Translations under genes and position numbers: made by a program
Notes under the pieces: generated by a model
What the model saw: only the letters and a program-made list of their open reading frames with translations
What the model was told of the DNA's origin: nothing
The model's database searches: none
Virus record (IMG/VR): IMGVR_UViG_3300020473_000011
Location: 1 to 64,000 of that record
Length of the DNA stretch: 64,000 nt
Reading direction: 5' to 3' (one strand)
Shown: positions 20,456-31,222 of the stretch, piece after piece
How positions within the stretch are numbered: the first letter of the stretch is position 1
How the letters are laid out: every line of letters starts with the position of its first letter

Positions 20456-20609
20456 TTATCAGGGCAGGTCATGCCCGTAGCGCCTGTGAAGTGAATTGGC
20501 ATTGGCCAGTCAGCAACAGGAACCAGTAAACCGAGTGATCAGTTTACACCTAGTAATGGGAATCCTCTTCCTGCGACGGCGTAGCCGCAAAGGGAGGGGA
20601 GGATGTCAA
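19217..20609 (+). mobile_element. TnpB-only IS200/IS605-family element; left end not identified
   Basis: tnpB plus right-end hairpin ending GGATGTCAA at 20609; no tnpA nearby. Confidence 0.7.
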
Positions 20610-20629
20610 ACAAACGGTGGATAGAGGTG
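20456..20629 (+). ncRNA. TnpB omega/reRNA scaffold plus putative guide (about 20610-20629)
   Basis: GCCTGTGAAGTG...CAGGAACC...GGAATCCTCTTCCT...GGGAGGGGAGGATGTCAA right-end layout. Confidence 0.7.
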
Positions 20630-20632
20630 TGT

Positions 20633-20658
20633 AAAAGCCGTGTTTATAGCGGCTTTTT
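20633..20658. terminator. Bidirectional intrinsic terminator
   Basis: AAAAGCCG-loop-CGGCTTTT between convergent genes. Confidence 0.7.
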
Positions 20659-20669
20659 AACGCTTTAAA

Positions 20670-21341
20670 TTAGGCTAAGCCGATGGATTGTGTACCGCTA
20701 CGCACAAGTGCCATGCACATACTTTTGTAGTCGGGCTTTGAGTGCCAAGCTTGGTACATTTCCATTTCACAGACGAGGGAGTCGAGTGCTTGATCAGCTA
20801 TCTTGTATTGCTTATTAAAAAATTCTGCTAGACGTCGGCGTGTTCTTACGGAGTGCCCGAGAAGTTCTTCTACGTCAAGGCTCTGAAACAACTGGGCACG
20901 CACTAGCTCCATTTGCTTGTGAATCGCCTGCATGTCGCGGTTCCATGATCCACCCTGTTCGCGTTCAGCCCAGTACGCGCTATAAGCTTTCTGTATACCA
21001 GACGCCTTCATAGTATCGTCAAAAGCCTTTAGTTTTGATTTTATATCGGCTTGAATTGCCCACAGTTCGTGGAAGTCGTCAAGTTTGCCTTCGGCATGGG
21101 CTGCTTTTAGCTGCTTTAGGGCAGATCTCGAAAGAGAGAAGCCAACGTACCCCTGCCCCTTACATGGATAACACTGGATCCCTGTTTGTTTTCCGCGAAA
21201 AGTCGCCCCTTCACCGTTACAGCGAGGACACTTGTCACCATGTATGCTGAGTTGTTCTAAGCGCTTTAAGGCTGTTGATTTAGCTTTAGGGTGTTCGTTG
21301 TCAATATCTAGCAACGCACATATTGCTTGTATTGTCTTCAT
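20670..21341 (-). CDS. Hypothetical protein with a DnaJ-like zinc finger
   Basis: CPRCNGEG and CYPCKGQG. Confidence 0.7.
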   Translation of the reverse strand: MKTIQAICALLDIDNEHPKAKSTALKRLEQLSIHGDKCPRCNGEGATFRGKQTGIQCYPCKGQGYVGFSLSRSALKQLKAAHAEGKLDDFHELWAIQADIKSKLKAFDDTMKASGIQKAYSAYWAEREQGGSWNRDMQAIHKQMELVRAQLFQSLDVEELLGHSVRTRRRLAEFFNKQYKIADQALDSLVCEMEMYQAWHSKPDYKSMCMALVRSGTQSIGLA

Positions 21342-21497
21342 GTAGTTCTCTTCGTATCAATTACTGCGGCACAGGTATAATTAGACCTTGACGCTACTGG
21401 GCAGACCTTATAGGATCTTTCGTACTAAATCAAGACCGTTGTACAATATGCGTAGCGAAAGAAAGGCTACGGCGCAACCTAATACGAGACTAGAAAA

Positions 21498-21977
21498 GTG
21501 GCTTTGATAGTAGACCTAGATGGGACTGTTGCCGACAACAGGCATCGCCAACACCTTATACCGCGAGAAAAGACGCAGACGCACCATTGGCACGCCTTTA
21601 ATAATACGTGTGACCTAGATGCGCCTGTGACTGCCGTAATAGACCTGATACATCTTTACATGCAGATGAACCCTGCTAGAGCACTTATCTTCGCGACAAG
21701 CCGTACGGAGACAGCGCGTGATAAAACTGAACGCTTTCTAGCTCAGTATTTTGAGGGTTATGGCTACCAACTACTTATGCGACCCGTTGACGACCACCGC
21801 TCAGCCGTGGACATAAAGGCGGAGTGGCTAGACAACCTTGCCCCTTTAATCACTGACAACTCGGTTTTCTTAGAGGATAACCGTGATGTCCACAACATGG
21901 CCAAGCAGCGCTTCCCAAATGCCAGTCACCTATTGGTGCCTAGCTTCGATTGTGCCTATTTGGCTTTAACAAACTAA
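21498..21977 (+). CDS. HAD phosphatase, PNKP/PseT 3'-phosphatase-like
   Basis: IVDLDGTVAD, ATSR, LLMRP..DHR, FLEDN. Confidence 0.8.
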   Translation: MALIVDLDGTVADNRHRQHLIPREKTQTHHWHAFNNTCDLDAPVTAVIDLIHLYMQMNPARALIFATSRTETARDKTERFLAQYFEGYGYQLLMRPVDDHRSAVDIKAEWLDNLAPLITDNSVFLEDNRDVHNMAKQRFPNASHLLVPSFDCAYLALTN

Positions 21978-21992
21978 CCAAGGAATGACACC

Positions 21993-22106
21993 ATGACCAA
22001 CAATCTAAATCGACGTAGCACCGACTTTCGGAAGACGCCTACTTACGCCTTAAAGATGACTCTCACCTTAATGGTTGTGGCGGGTCTTTTTTACGTTGCC
22101 TTATAG
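21993..22106 (+). CDS. 37-aa single-TM small protein (not in ORF track)
   Basis: MTNNLNRRSTDFRKTPTYALKMTLTLMVVAGLFYVAL; AAGGA SD. Confidence 0.5.
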   Translation: MTNNLNRRSTDFRKTPTYALKMTLTLMVVAGLFYVAL

Positions 22107-22248
22107 AAGTTGCAGCGCAACAAGTTTGCCGATTACGGCCATACGTCTCCATAAAAATTCCCTTCCAAAGGAAGTTAAATTGGCGTAAGTTAAAGATAGC
22201 ACCGCTATGATATTCGGTGCGTAACTACTCAAATACAAGAGGTACTGT

Positions 22249-22602
22249 ATGCAAATTACTGTAGCTGGCCATCATATTGAGGTCACCGAGAACTTACACA
22301 GTCACGTTGTAAGCAAATTGCAAAAGATTAGCTCACACTTCCCTGAGATCATGTCGGTAGACGTGACGTTAACACTGGACAATGGCAAAGACAGCGTCGT
22401 GGAAATGCACACTGTTTACCATGGGAAGACAGCGTCGGTGAAAGTCGATAACGACGACATGTACCATGCGATTACGCAAGGCCGTGACAAGCTCCAACGC
22501 ATCCTTTCTGATATTAAGAGTTCTGAGAAAGCGTTACGAAAAGACAAGTCAGTCGCTCATCAGGAGCCAGCACTAGACGGCGACGCCGAAGACCTCGAAT
22601 AA
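22249..22602 (+). CDS. hpf: Ribosome hibernation promoting factor (HPF/RaiA family)
   Basis: MQITVAGHHIEVTENL...KLQKI...DMYHAI; GAGG SD. Confidence 0.92.
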   Translation: MQITVAGHHIEVTENLHSHVVSKLQKISSHFPEIMSVDVTLTLDNGKDSVVEMHTVYHGKTASVKVDNDDMYHAITQGRDKLQRILSDIKSSEKALRKDKSVAHQEPALDGDAEDLE

Positions 22603-22726
22603 GCCTACCTACAACGCTTTGCTTCGGTGAAGCGTTGCCCAACGATTTTTAATCAAAACGCTTGCATTGCAGTAATATTCTGTTATCGTGTTACACGAGA
22701 CGTTTATACAAACGCTTAACTAACCG

Positions 22727-24787
22727 ATGGATAGAATTATGAACAACCCTAAAACTGATACGAGCGTGATAGTCACAGATACACATGATCACGTCGAAAT
22801 AGAAGGCAATGCCCCCGAGATAGCGCTAGGACAGTGGTATTGGGTTAAGGGCGAAAAGAGCCGCTATGAGAAAGAAAATGTCTACGTTGAGCGTGAGCCA
22901 GCACCCGAGGGGTACTTAGACCTGTGCTGTGTCACTGAAATTGGTAGTAACTTCGTTGAGCTGAGCCAGCCCCGCGAAGATAACGGCCGAAGCTACGTAC
23001 GAATTTTGTTGAAGGATGTACCTGAGCAGTGCCAGCTTTGTGACGACCCTGCGTCGGTCATATCAGGTATTATCGGTCGGTATCAGCAGCTCTCAGGTCA
23101 GACTATGGCTGAGATACAACAACTAACAGCAAGGTTGGGGCTATCAGCAACGCCTGCTATTGGGTCTTCATCGTCAGGAACAGCTCTACGAGTAGTCGAT
23201 GCAGCTACAAACGTTGACCTTTATAAGACAGAGTTAATTAAGGCCAAGGAAGAGACCTTGCCTGCGCTGTTTGAAGAAGTAAAAGGTTTAAGCTCCAAAG
23301 TCTCAAAGTGGTTGTCCGCTGAGTCTTTAGCATTAGAAGCACAGCTGGGAGTACTCAAAGCGTCGTTTGACCAGATAGAAGGCCGCATTTTCAACGTGTC
23401 GCTTTATGCAGGTCTTAATGAGGACACTGTAAAGGTACAAGACGGCGACCCAGCCCCAGCAGACACAAAGCTTCATGTAATGCAGCGTAAGCTGTTCATG
23501 GATGAAGAATGCCTGATGAATTACAAGGCGGGTGGTATGTCGTTTGAGAACATAGAGGCTTTTGACGAGTGGCTGACAGAGTCTGATAACCTTGAACGTT
23601 GCTTACCCTTCGAGCGTTGTATAGTCGCCTTTCAGGTGCGTCGTAAGCAGAAAGTATACGACAGCGACGGTGATTTTCTCTCAGCTTACATAAATACAAG
23701 GCGTATGGCAGCTGACAAGCTGACGTTTCTTTACATTAGAAACGGCGAGCGCGTATATAGACTAGGCACAGATCTTGAGTTCGATGACATGTTATTCCCG
23801 TCGGGGGACGTCACATTTAATGAACCGCAAATGGTTAAGATGTTCATTGACCGCGTTGATAGCTTAATTCCCGTACGCGAATGGGAAGCCATGAAGGCTG
23901 AATCTGATAAAGCAGAGGCTCTTTATAAACAGTGGGAAGCCGATAACCCAGAAGAGGAATGGCGTAAGATTGAAGGTAATGAGACGCGCCCGTACTCGTG
24001 GGGCAACCCCTACGGCAATCTATGTAGCCGCCATAGGGACGTGAATGACTATCAGCTTGTTAATGAAGACCACCTCTACTTTGACAGTGTGAAAAAGCAC
24101 GTTGATGACCGCATAGAAAAGTACAACCGCATTGTATTGATCATACAAGGATTACTCGACCGTAGTGAGGTGCTGCATCCACACCCGCCTGTTAAGTTAC
24201 ATGACCCTCGTGACTTTGAAGCTACTATAAAGCTTATTTACGATGCTGAGCATGTGTTAACGTTTGGGGAAGCACCTAGTTTTGAAGCTTATCGTGCAAG
24301 GTGTAACTTAGAAATCAGTCATGAGTCAGTCTTCGTAGGTCAAGAAGAAGTGTGGTTTGCTAACGAGTGCGAAAAAGAGAACGAGAGGCGTGACCGTAGT
24401 TATTACAGAGACCATATAGGGTCAACTAACTACTGGCGTCCTTCACACCTTGAAGTGGGCATGGGTCATGTAGCGAAAGCTGAAAGAATCCAACCAAAAG
24501 CCCGTAAAGCTGTGTTCTCATGGTTAAAAGAGCGCACCGACGCCTATCAATACGATGACTCAGATATGAACCGCTTTTTACGCCGCACATTTACGGTTTC
24601 ATTCGATAAGCTACTGAACGTGAGCGCCTACAAGAAGGGAGACTACAAACAGTTCTTCAAAGACCCGCGTACACGACATGACTACTTAAAATGGGCACCT
24701 TACCTACTTGCAGCTGAGGACTACGTGAACGGTGTAGCCGAGGCGAAAGAACCTAATACTTTTGGTAAGGAAATCAATTCGTGGTAG
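22727..24787 (+). CDS. Large hypothetical protein with a coiled coil
   Basis: 686-aa ORF. Confidence 0.8.
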   Translation: MDRIMNNPKTDTSVIVTDTHDHVEIEGNAPEIALGQWYWVKGEKSRYEKENVYVEREPAPEGYLDLCCVTEIGSNFVELSQPREDNGRSYVRILLKDVPEQCQLCDDPASVISGIIGRYQQLSGQTMAEIQQLTARLGLSATPAIGSSSSGTALRVVDAATNVDLYKTELIKAKEETLPALFEEVKGLSSKVSKWLSAESLALEAQLGVLKASFDQIEGRIFNVSLYAGLNEDTVKVQDGDPAPADTKLHVMQRKLFMDEECLMNYKAGGMSFENIEAFDEWLTESDNLERCLPFERCIVAFQVRRKQKVYDSDGDFLSAYINTRRMAADKLTFLYIRNGERVYRLGTDLEFDDMLFPSGDVTFNEPQMVKMFIDRVDSLIPVREWEAMKAESDKAEALYKQWEADNPEEEWRKIEGNETRPYSWGNPYGNLCSRHRDVNDYQLVNEDHLYFDSVKKHVDDRIEKYNRIVLIIQGLLDRSEVLHPHPPVKLHDPRDFEATIKLIYDAEHVLTFGEAPSFEAYRARCNLEISHESVFVGQEEVWFANECEKENERRDRSYYRDHIGSTNYWRPSHLEVGMGHVAKAERIQPKARKAVFSWLKERTDAYQYDDSDMNRFLRRTFTVSFDKLLNVSAYKKGDYKQFFKDPRTRHDYLKWAPYLLAAEDYVNGVAEAKEPNTFGKEINSW

Positions 24788-25542
24788 TACCAAAAGAGCC
24801 AACGGCAATTGACCAGTTGAATGAGGCTGTAGAGTTTGCCCTAGACCATTCTCGTATCATGGGGTCGATCAGCGCCCCTGATACGGAAAGTGCGCCCCTT
24901 ATTGAACGAGTCCGTGAGTTTGTCTACGCACTCGACGCAGGTGAAGTGCCTGATAAGTACCCTTTAAAGACTCACTATATAATGGATAGGATTGACCCTA
25001 TCCAGTTCCACTTATCTTTCACGCTTAAAGGCATACTGAACAGTTATGGTATGTGGGCGATTGTTGATAAGGAATGGACGAAAGTACTGGCAGACCACAT
25101 TGGTAAGAGGCACGCGCTGGAAATTATGGCAGGCAGCGGGTGGCTTACCAAGGCGCTGAGGGGTCACGGTGTTTCAATGTCATCTACAGACGACCAAAGC
25201 TGGAAACATGTCCATCAGCTCGCTAAAGGCGACGGCACCGTTGAGGCAATAACAAATTTGGATGCGTTAGAGGCTGTTCATGCGTTTCCACACGCTGAGA
25301 TCCTAATTGTATCGTGGCCACCTTATAACGAAACGTTCATCGTAGATGTTTGTGACGCATGGGGCAGCGACCGTCCAATTATTTTTATCGGAGAAGGCAG
25401 CGGTGGTTGCACAGCTTGTAATGAGTTCTTCACTCATTATGATGGCCAAAGACTAGACGTTGACATGCCACGGCATCAGGGGATCCACGACTATGTCTAC
25501 TGCGGTTATTGGCGTCGTACAAAAGACGTACAAAAGGAGTAA
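24781..25542 (+). CDS. Class I SAM-dependent methyltransferase-like protein
   Basis: LEIMAGSGW motif I, LIVSWPPY, IFIGE. Confidence 0.7.
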   Translation: MVVPKEPTAIDQLNEAVEFALDHSRIMGSISAPDTESAPLIERVREFVYALDAGEVPDKYPLKTHYIMDRIDPIQFHLSFTLKGILNSYGMWAIVDKEWTKVLADHIGKRHALEIMAGSGWLTKALRGHGVSMSSTDDQSWKHVHQLAKGDGTVEAITNLDALEAVHAFPHAEILIVSWPPYNETFIVDVCDAWGSDRPIIFIGEGSGGCTACNEFFTHYDGQRLDVDMPRHQGIHDYVYCGYWRRTKDVQKE

Positions 25543-25696
25543 TAAGGTATTAGGTCGTCTAATACCTTTTGATTAAACTTAAAATTAAAACTAATAATTA
25601 ACTATACAACGGCCAATCGGTTTGATATTTTGAAAACAGTTGCAGCACAGGGAGTAGCACAGGATATGTGTTTGCATACGCAATGAATTTTAGTAT

Positions 25697-26173
25697 TTGG
25701 AAATAGAAAATATAATGTTTGAAATATTGAACACAGGGATGAGACGCGTCATTTTCTTTAGTATCTTGACGGTGAGCTTAGTCGCTCTTGATGTCACTAG
25801 CTTTTTAGTTAACTTAGGGTACAGTGCGTCTTTTTCGTTGGGTTTAGTGTCACTTGCCCTAGTGACTACCCTAATCCCTCTGGCAGTTTTAGTTTATGGG
25901 CAAACGCCTAAAGCTCAAGTAGACCGACTTCTCTATAGCGTTTTAAAAGCGGCCTCTGAGCGTGAAGCGCAATCGGTTACTTTTGTTTTAAATGACGTTG
26001 ACCGTAGTTTATACATAGACATCGACAATTGGGTCGTAGTTAAGCCATGCAAGTACAAGCTTACTGCTCAATTAGCGAAGATTTTAAAATCACGTGCAGA
26101 TACTGTCCCGTATCAGATGAACGATGGCAGATCCTACGCATACTTTCTGACACCCGCAGCGGCTGCCGCGTGA
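25697..26173 (+). CDS. Membrane protein
   Basis: Two N-terminal TM segments. Confidence 0.55.
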   Translation: MEIENIMFEILNTGMRRVIFFSILTVSLVALDVTSFLVNLGYSASFSLGLVSLALVTTLIPLAVLVYGQTPKAQVDRLLYSVLKAASEREAQSVTFVLNDVDRSLYIDIDNWVVVKPCKYKLTAQLAKILKSRADTVPYQMNDGRSYAYFLTPAAAAA

Positions 26174-26186
26174 AGACATACCAATA

Positions 26187-26214
26187 AAAAGGCTGACAAA
26201 ATGTCAGCCTTTTT
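26187..26214. terminator. Bidirectional intrinsic terminator
   Basis: AAAAGGCTGACA-AAA-TGTCAGCCTTTT. Confidence 0.8.
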
Positions 26215-26227
26215 GTTAAGGTTTGCA

Positions 26228-27505
26228 CTAAAGTACTAGATTTACACTGTAACCTTTGTTGTTCAGCAGTGTTGCTAGGTACGTACAACGCTTTCTAAAG
26301 TTTAGCTCGCTCATCCCAAGTTGAGCGGCGAGTGTCGCCTTAGAAACGCCTTTTGACACGCCATATAAAAGGTCTTGGTCGGGCTTACCCAAGGATTCAA
26401 TAAGCTTCATTGGAACTTCCGTCTTACCCAAGGACATCATACGCTTATCATTTCGGGCGTCGTCGGCTTTTTGCTTACGACCTTCTATCGAATCTCGTCT
26501 TGAGGGTGTTTTATTAAGGACTGCATTCATATCGCTTATAGATGGCGTACGAGTACTAGCTTGCTGGACAATTGCAGTAGGCACCGCCACGGGGTCTTTG
26601 CTTGTCTCTTCGCTACTAGCGCTCAGGCTTTCAGCGCTGTCCTTGGTTGCTGCCATACCACCACTGTCATTCACGTCGTCAAATTGCTGTTCTGGGCTTT
26701 GAGGGGCGCTGTCAGCCTCTTTTTCAGTAGTTAGCGACCTTTCATGCTCTAAAGCTAGCTCGTGCTCTCTAGACTCTTTTAGGCTCGTTTTTCGTCGTAT
26801 TTGGTATTGCTGGATAGCATGGTTTGTCGCAAGTGTTAGTATTACGGCCATTGGGTCGAACACAATGATTAATGCGAAGATGAAGAATTTAACTGCGTCT
26901 TGCACCCCTACCCCAAACATTTCAGCAACATAAATAATTGGACCTACATGGGCGTCCGCTTCCATTTTTTGCTTTTGCAACGCGTTCATAGTTGCTTGCA
27001 GGTCGCGCCTTTTCTGCTCAAGGTCTGACACTTCGGCGGCATAGTCAGCTTTAAGCTCCATTCTTTTTGTGATGTACTGCGGTGGTACGTCAGCAATCGT
27101 CTTATTGATCTGCTCTAAACGCTCGTCAACCTGCATGACTTCCTTTTGCTTAACCTCAATGGTGTACGTCACCTCTTGTAACTTTTGTGTGGACTCGCCG
27201 TACCCTTGAGATAAAAAACCAAAGATCCCAAGGCTGGTGATCAGCATGAGTACAAAGATGGCACTTATCAGGTACGTCTTCATGAGTATGCCTGTTGTCT
27301 TCCAAGTACGATAGACAAAACTTGCGGCAACCAGCTTTCCGAGTTCGAGCGACGAACCCATAACAACAACTGGCCAGTATGCCGCCGAGAACATTGCAGC
27401 TAAACCGATCACCGAGAAGTAAGCGGCGCTACTTGCTATCGCGAATGATGCGATAATTAAGACTAATATTAATCCCATGGGGTCTCCAATAATTTCAGTA
27501 TTCAA
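26228..27505 (-). CDS. Multi-TM coiled-coil membrane protein (large-phage-like family)
   Basis: AAYFSVIGLAAMF...LELGKLV...ITSLGIFGFLS, coiled coil, IIVFDPMAV. Confidence 0.75.
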   Translation of the reverse strand: MNTEIIGDPMGLILVLIIASFAIASSAAYFSVIGLAAMFSAAYWPVVVMGSSLELGKLVAASFVYRTWKTTGILMKTYLISAIFVLMLITSLGIFGFLSQGYGESTQKLQEVTYTIEVKQKEVMQVDERLEQINKTIADVPPQYITKRMELKADYAAEVSDLEQKRRDLQATMNALQKQKMEADAHVGPIIYVAEMFGVGVQDAVKFFIFALIIVFDPMAVILTLATNHAIQQYQIRRKTSLKESREHELALEHERSLTTEKEADSAPQSPEQQFDDVNDSGGMAATKDSAESLSASSEETSKDPVAVPTAIVQQASTRTPSISDMNAVLNKTPSRRDSIEGRKQKADDARNDKRMMSLGKTEVPMKLIESLGKPDQDLLYGVSKGVSKATLAAQLGMSELNFRKRCTYLATLLNNKGYSVNLVL

Positions 27506-27542
27506 ACGTTCGGCTTAGGTGCTAACTAAGCCCACAACGAAA

Positions 27543-27941
27543 TCAGACAAAGTCAGGTATCTTGCGCTTTATCCCACCTGACGGCTGCTTTGGTGTGATC
27601 CCTTTAACGGTTACATCACACGCTTTCTCAAACTCAAAGTTTTCTAGTTCCGTTCCTAGCTCTTCCTGAGACAGTACGATTGTATTGACCCGACGATAAG
27701 CATCCCGATAGCTTATCCCTGTCTCGTCCTCGACTTTGACCAGTACATCTTTTACGGCCTTATGTAAATCAAGCTGGGTTGATTCCTGTTTATAGCCCAC
27801 AGGGAACAAGAAATAGATGGTTGCGTCAGTACGTAGCCACTCGATTAGCTCATGGAGTTTTGGGAACCCTTTAACTATTGTGAAAAGCTTGTTGAGTTCC
27901 TTAATGTGGTAGTGCTTGTGGTCGGTCATATCGCTACCCAT
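27543..27941 (-). CDS. Hypothetical protein
   Basis: ORF in an operon. Confidence 0.6.
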   Translation of the reverse strand: MGSDMTDHKHYHIKELNKLFTIVKGFPKLHELIEWLRTDATIYFLFPVGYKQESTQLDLHKAVKDVLVKVEDETGISYRDAYRRVNTIVLSQEELGTELENFEFEKACDVTVKGITPKQPSGGIKRKIPDFV

Positions 27942-28719
27942 TTAGCTTTGATAAAGCGCTGTCTAAGCGAGTTAGCTGGTCGCTTATGACTTCGCGCTCG
28001 GTCTCTAATGCTTCACGTATAATGCCCTTAGCTCGGCTTAGCCATGAGCGCTTATCACGCGATAGGCAGACTGCGAAGCACTCGTAGTGGTACCCATCTT
28101 CTGGGTTTTGTGGATTTCGTCGGCGGTAGTAAATTGAGTTCAGTGTAACAACGTTTGGAAGCTCTTCACCATTAACAAGTTGCTGGTACTCATTATGGGC
28201 GTGCATCGCATCAAGAAGGTCTTGCGGCCAAAGAACGGCGCTATTCTGTTCAAAGGGTTTAAGCTCGCCCTTACGATTAACAATGAATATGGCACTATGT
28301 AGGTCGACATCTTCTATATACTCACCTGCCCCTGAATTATCAAAGGCAACCTTAATCACTGATACCTGTTTAAAAATGTCTGATAGTGCGTACAAGCTAG
28401 TGGGTTGTACATCAGTAAAGCAAGGCTCACCATAGCTGCCCACGTAGCCAATGTGGTCAAGCATTGGCTCACCTTTTTCATTCTTACCACTTGTTAGTAC
28501 AACGACTTTAGCTTGTTTACGTTCAAGTGTTAAAGAGGCTTGCTCTAGAAGGACACCTTTTGGATTAAGGATCGGCTCACCTTTAGTTAGTTGTACAGTG
28601 ATCGGTCTTGAACGGGCAAAAACGCCGTCACCGCGTTGGTCTAAATCAACGCTGTAAAGTTCGAAGCCATATTGATTGGCTGACATAGTGTTACTCCACG
28701 TTATAGCACTGACGGGCAC
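27934..28719 (-). CDS. Hypothetical protein
   Basis: ORF downstream of a TTGTACAA site (28769). Confidence 0.65.
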   Translation of the reverse strand: MPVSAITWSNTMSANQYGFELYSVDLDQRGDGVFARSRPITVQLTKGEPILNPKGVLLEQASLTLERKQAKVVVLTSGKNEKGEPMLDHIGYVGSYGEPCFTDVQPTSLYALSDIFKQVSVIKVAFDNSGAGEYIEDVDLHSAIFIVNRKGELKPFEQNSAVLWPQDLLDAMHAHNEYQQLVNGEELPNVVTLNSIYYRRRNPQNPEDGYHYECFAVCLSRDKRSWLSRAKGIIREALETEREVISDQLTRLDSALSKLNG

Positions 28720-28884
28720 TACAGCCCAGTCGGTCTCGTCTCAGTTATTATCATTGTAGCATCAAGCGTTGTACAACAAAAAGTAAAACCCCAAAGCTGA
28801 GCGTGGTGCTCGTAGTTCAACGAGGGCTAACACTTTAGTGTGGTGCAGACTTGTACAACATAAATTTAACAAGAATCTACAGGT

Positions 28885-28960
28885 CTGATCTTGACCCAAG
28901 GTCACGATCATTACTACCCAGAATGATCCGATCAGATCCTGCCTGACCCGAGGTCACAGA
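28885..28960. promoter_or_regulatory. Putative replication origin element
   Basis: Two TGACC-N3-GGTCAC repeats (28892-28905, 28944-28957) and five GATC sites in about 52 bp, upstream of rep. Confidence 0.55.
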
Positions 28961-29472
28961 GTGCACGCACTTTTCATTTGCAGATTATGTCGGTTGTTTT
29001 GTATTCAATGAAGGCTTGTCAGCAGGTGCGATCAACCTAGCTATTCACTGAGGTCGTAGTGCTCTGAAATAGCAGCAATTAAAGTATTTGAAGTGGGACT
29101 AACTCTATAAATTATTTTTTACGGGAATTTAGTTGAAACGTCAATCCCAATTCGCAAAAGAGTTGATCTTAAACGGCCTAGTTAAGTTTCAAAACTAGTC
29201 GTAATAATGAGCATTAGGTATCTAAATAGACGATGGAATGCGGCCTCTAGGCGTGGTGTTAAAAGTGGAATAACAAGTGGTACGTCAACTAAGTTTAAGC
29301 CTGTTTCGTCAACCACATTAACAACTAAAACCAAAAGTAGAACACAAAGTGCCAACAGAGTAAAAACCTCTGAAACCCGCGTAAATTAAGGCTTGCAGCC
29401 GTTTTTAAACCGTTTATTTTTAGCATTATAAAGAGCCAGAAAGGCTCTGTAATACTAAAGGGAACGGTAGAC

Positions 29473-31119
29473 TTGACCTTACAAGCAGGCGCACATCTTT
29501 ATCACAAAATGCCACCTACGGCATTCGACGACGATTGGGGGATCGGTCATGAGCCAGCCCTCCGATGGTTTTGTCGTGCGTGCGCAACAAGGCAAGAGCT
29601 GACTGACCATCAAGCTTGTGGAAACCCTACCTATGACCCTCGGCGTGAAACTGTCACGCGGTCAAGCTATATGCTAGATGTAAACTCAGGTGAGTTTAAC
29701 TCTAAGACGAATGGCGTTTACTTCACACCAAACTTATTTTATCGCTGGCGTAATCAGCGCCATTTAAACGGATTTACGTCACACTGGCTTGAGATCGACA
29801 CCAATGGGCATAAAGCTCTAACAGAGTCCGAGGCAAATAAAGTATTACAAGAAGTCACAGAGGTCTTGTGGCGCGCAGACTTACCAGCTGCTACCAGTAT
29901 CGTTACGACGGGGTCAGGGGGAGTTCACCTCTATTGGATGTATGATGAGCCTCAAATGACGCGCTCAGTAAAACACAGAGAAAAGCTCTTAGAAAGGTGG
30001 CGAGAGATCAGCCGTTGCATATCCGCACGATTCGAAGAAAAGAGAAAAGAGCTTGGCTACAGTGGTTGGTCAGTCGACTTTGCAGCATCGCATAACCCCT
30101 CGGGTAACATGCGGCTACCGAGTTCTCTGCATCATAAGACATGGCGCGAAGTCGAATATTATCGCGGTGGTAAAAAGATAGCGCCACAAGCTTTAGTGAG
30201 CCATCTGGGCTTTAAATGGAAATACCCTTGTAGTGATGACTACGTGGTGACTGTTCCGCGTGACCCGAGGCCACAGAAAAACATAAGCCTGCAACCTCTT
30301 GTTGTCCGAAATGCGGTAGAACCCTCAAAAGAAAAGGTCGCAGGTGTAGCTCAAGGCTTTGACAGTGGTGGCCAACAGTACTGGATGAAAGGGCTGTTAC
30401 GCCAGTGGGCTGACTTTTTAGCTATGACGCGACCAGACCTAAAGGGACAACGCGACTTAACGGCTTTCCATATCTACAATATGGCTAATCGTGTGATGGG
30501 GGCGAGTGATGCGTGGAAATACGTAGAGCAGCTTAACAAGAAATACATTGGCCTAACAGATAATGAGCTAAAAGGCTATCTAAGTACGGCGGCGTCAAAC
30601 GTCTACTACTATGGCATGTCACGCTTGGTGCACATACTTGGTACAGAGTTAGGACTTCCGCTTGATTTTAGCTACAGTAAGAAACAGGCCAAACTGGGCG
30701 AAAAAGAAGTAGGCCGTCGTCAAGTTCGGTCTGGGCGAACAAGTGCCCGAAAGAAGAGCCAGCGGTCTTTTGACAGGCTCGTAGAAGACATTCATGCCTA
30801 TGTCGAAAAGCACAAGGTAACGCCAACACAAATAAAGCTATCAAAGAAGCTTAGGGCGTCTGTTTTTAAGGCGTCTAGACTTACACGCGCTACGTTCTAC
30901 AGGCACCTACCTAATGCCCTGCAAGCCGTGATGCAAAAGGTTCAGGTAACACTGGCCGACTTAAAATTATTGGCAGAAAATTCCAGTCTCATTCGGTCTC
31001 CCCTCTCCTATAACGCCGTAGGCGATGGGTTTGGATTTTTAGATCTTGGATCATTTATTCGATTGGATCGTGGTGAGTATGCTTATAAAGTTTTCAATAT
31101 TCTAGAGCCACCTGATTAG
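29473..31119 (+). CDS. Plasmid replication initiator, AEP/primase-like Rep
   Basis: HWLEID, TTGSGGVHLYW and NMRLPSSLHHK motifs; C-terminal SRLTRATFYRH HTH-like segment. Confidence 0.7.
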   Translation: MTLQAGAHLYHKMPPTAFDDDWGIGHEPALRWFCRACATRQELTDHQACGNPTYDPRRETVTRSSYMLDVNSGEFNSKTNGVYFTPNLFYRWRNQRHLNGFTSHWLEIDTNGHKALTESEANKVLQEVTEVLWRADLPAATSIVTTGSGGVHLYWMYDEPQMTRSVKHREKLLERWREISRCISARFEEKRKELGYSGWSVDFAASHNPSGNMRLPSSLHHKTWREVEYYRGGKKIAPQALVSHLGFKWKYPCSDDYVVTVPRDPRPQKNISLQPLVVRNAVEPSKEKVAGVAQGFDSGGQQYWMKGLLRQWADFLAMTRPDLKGQRDLTAFHIYNMANRVMGASDAWKYVEQLNKKYIGLTDNELKGYLSTAASNVYYYGMSRLVHILGTELGLPLDFSYSKKQAKLGEKEVGRRQVRSGRTSARKKSQRSFDRLVEDIHAYVEKHKVTPTQIKLSKKLRASVFKASRLTRATFYRHLPNALQAVMQKVQVTLADLKLLAENSSLIRSPLSYNAVGDGFGFLDLGSFIRLDRGEYAYKVFNILEPPD

Positions 31120-31183
31120 ATTGAGATTATGGAATGTCGTTTTCAGATAGACCTATTTTCTAATCAATTAGATTAAAAAATAC

Positions 31184-31222
31184 TTTACAGATAAAACTCT
31201 CCCCGTTATATTGTACAACGAA
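31184..31222 (+). promoter_or_regulatory. Promoter of the methyltransferase, with the TTGTACAA site over -10/+1
   Basis: TTTACA-17 bp-TATATT, then TTGTACAACGAA. Confidence 0.55.

Noticed and set aside
29207-29389. 60-aa ORF upstream of rep
   Set aside because: No clear SD and low-complexity product inside a probable control region; a rep leader role is unsupported.
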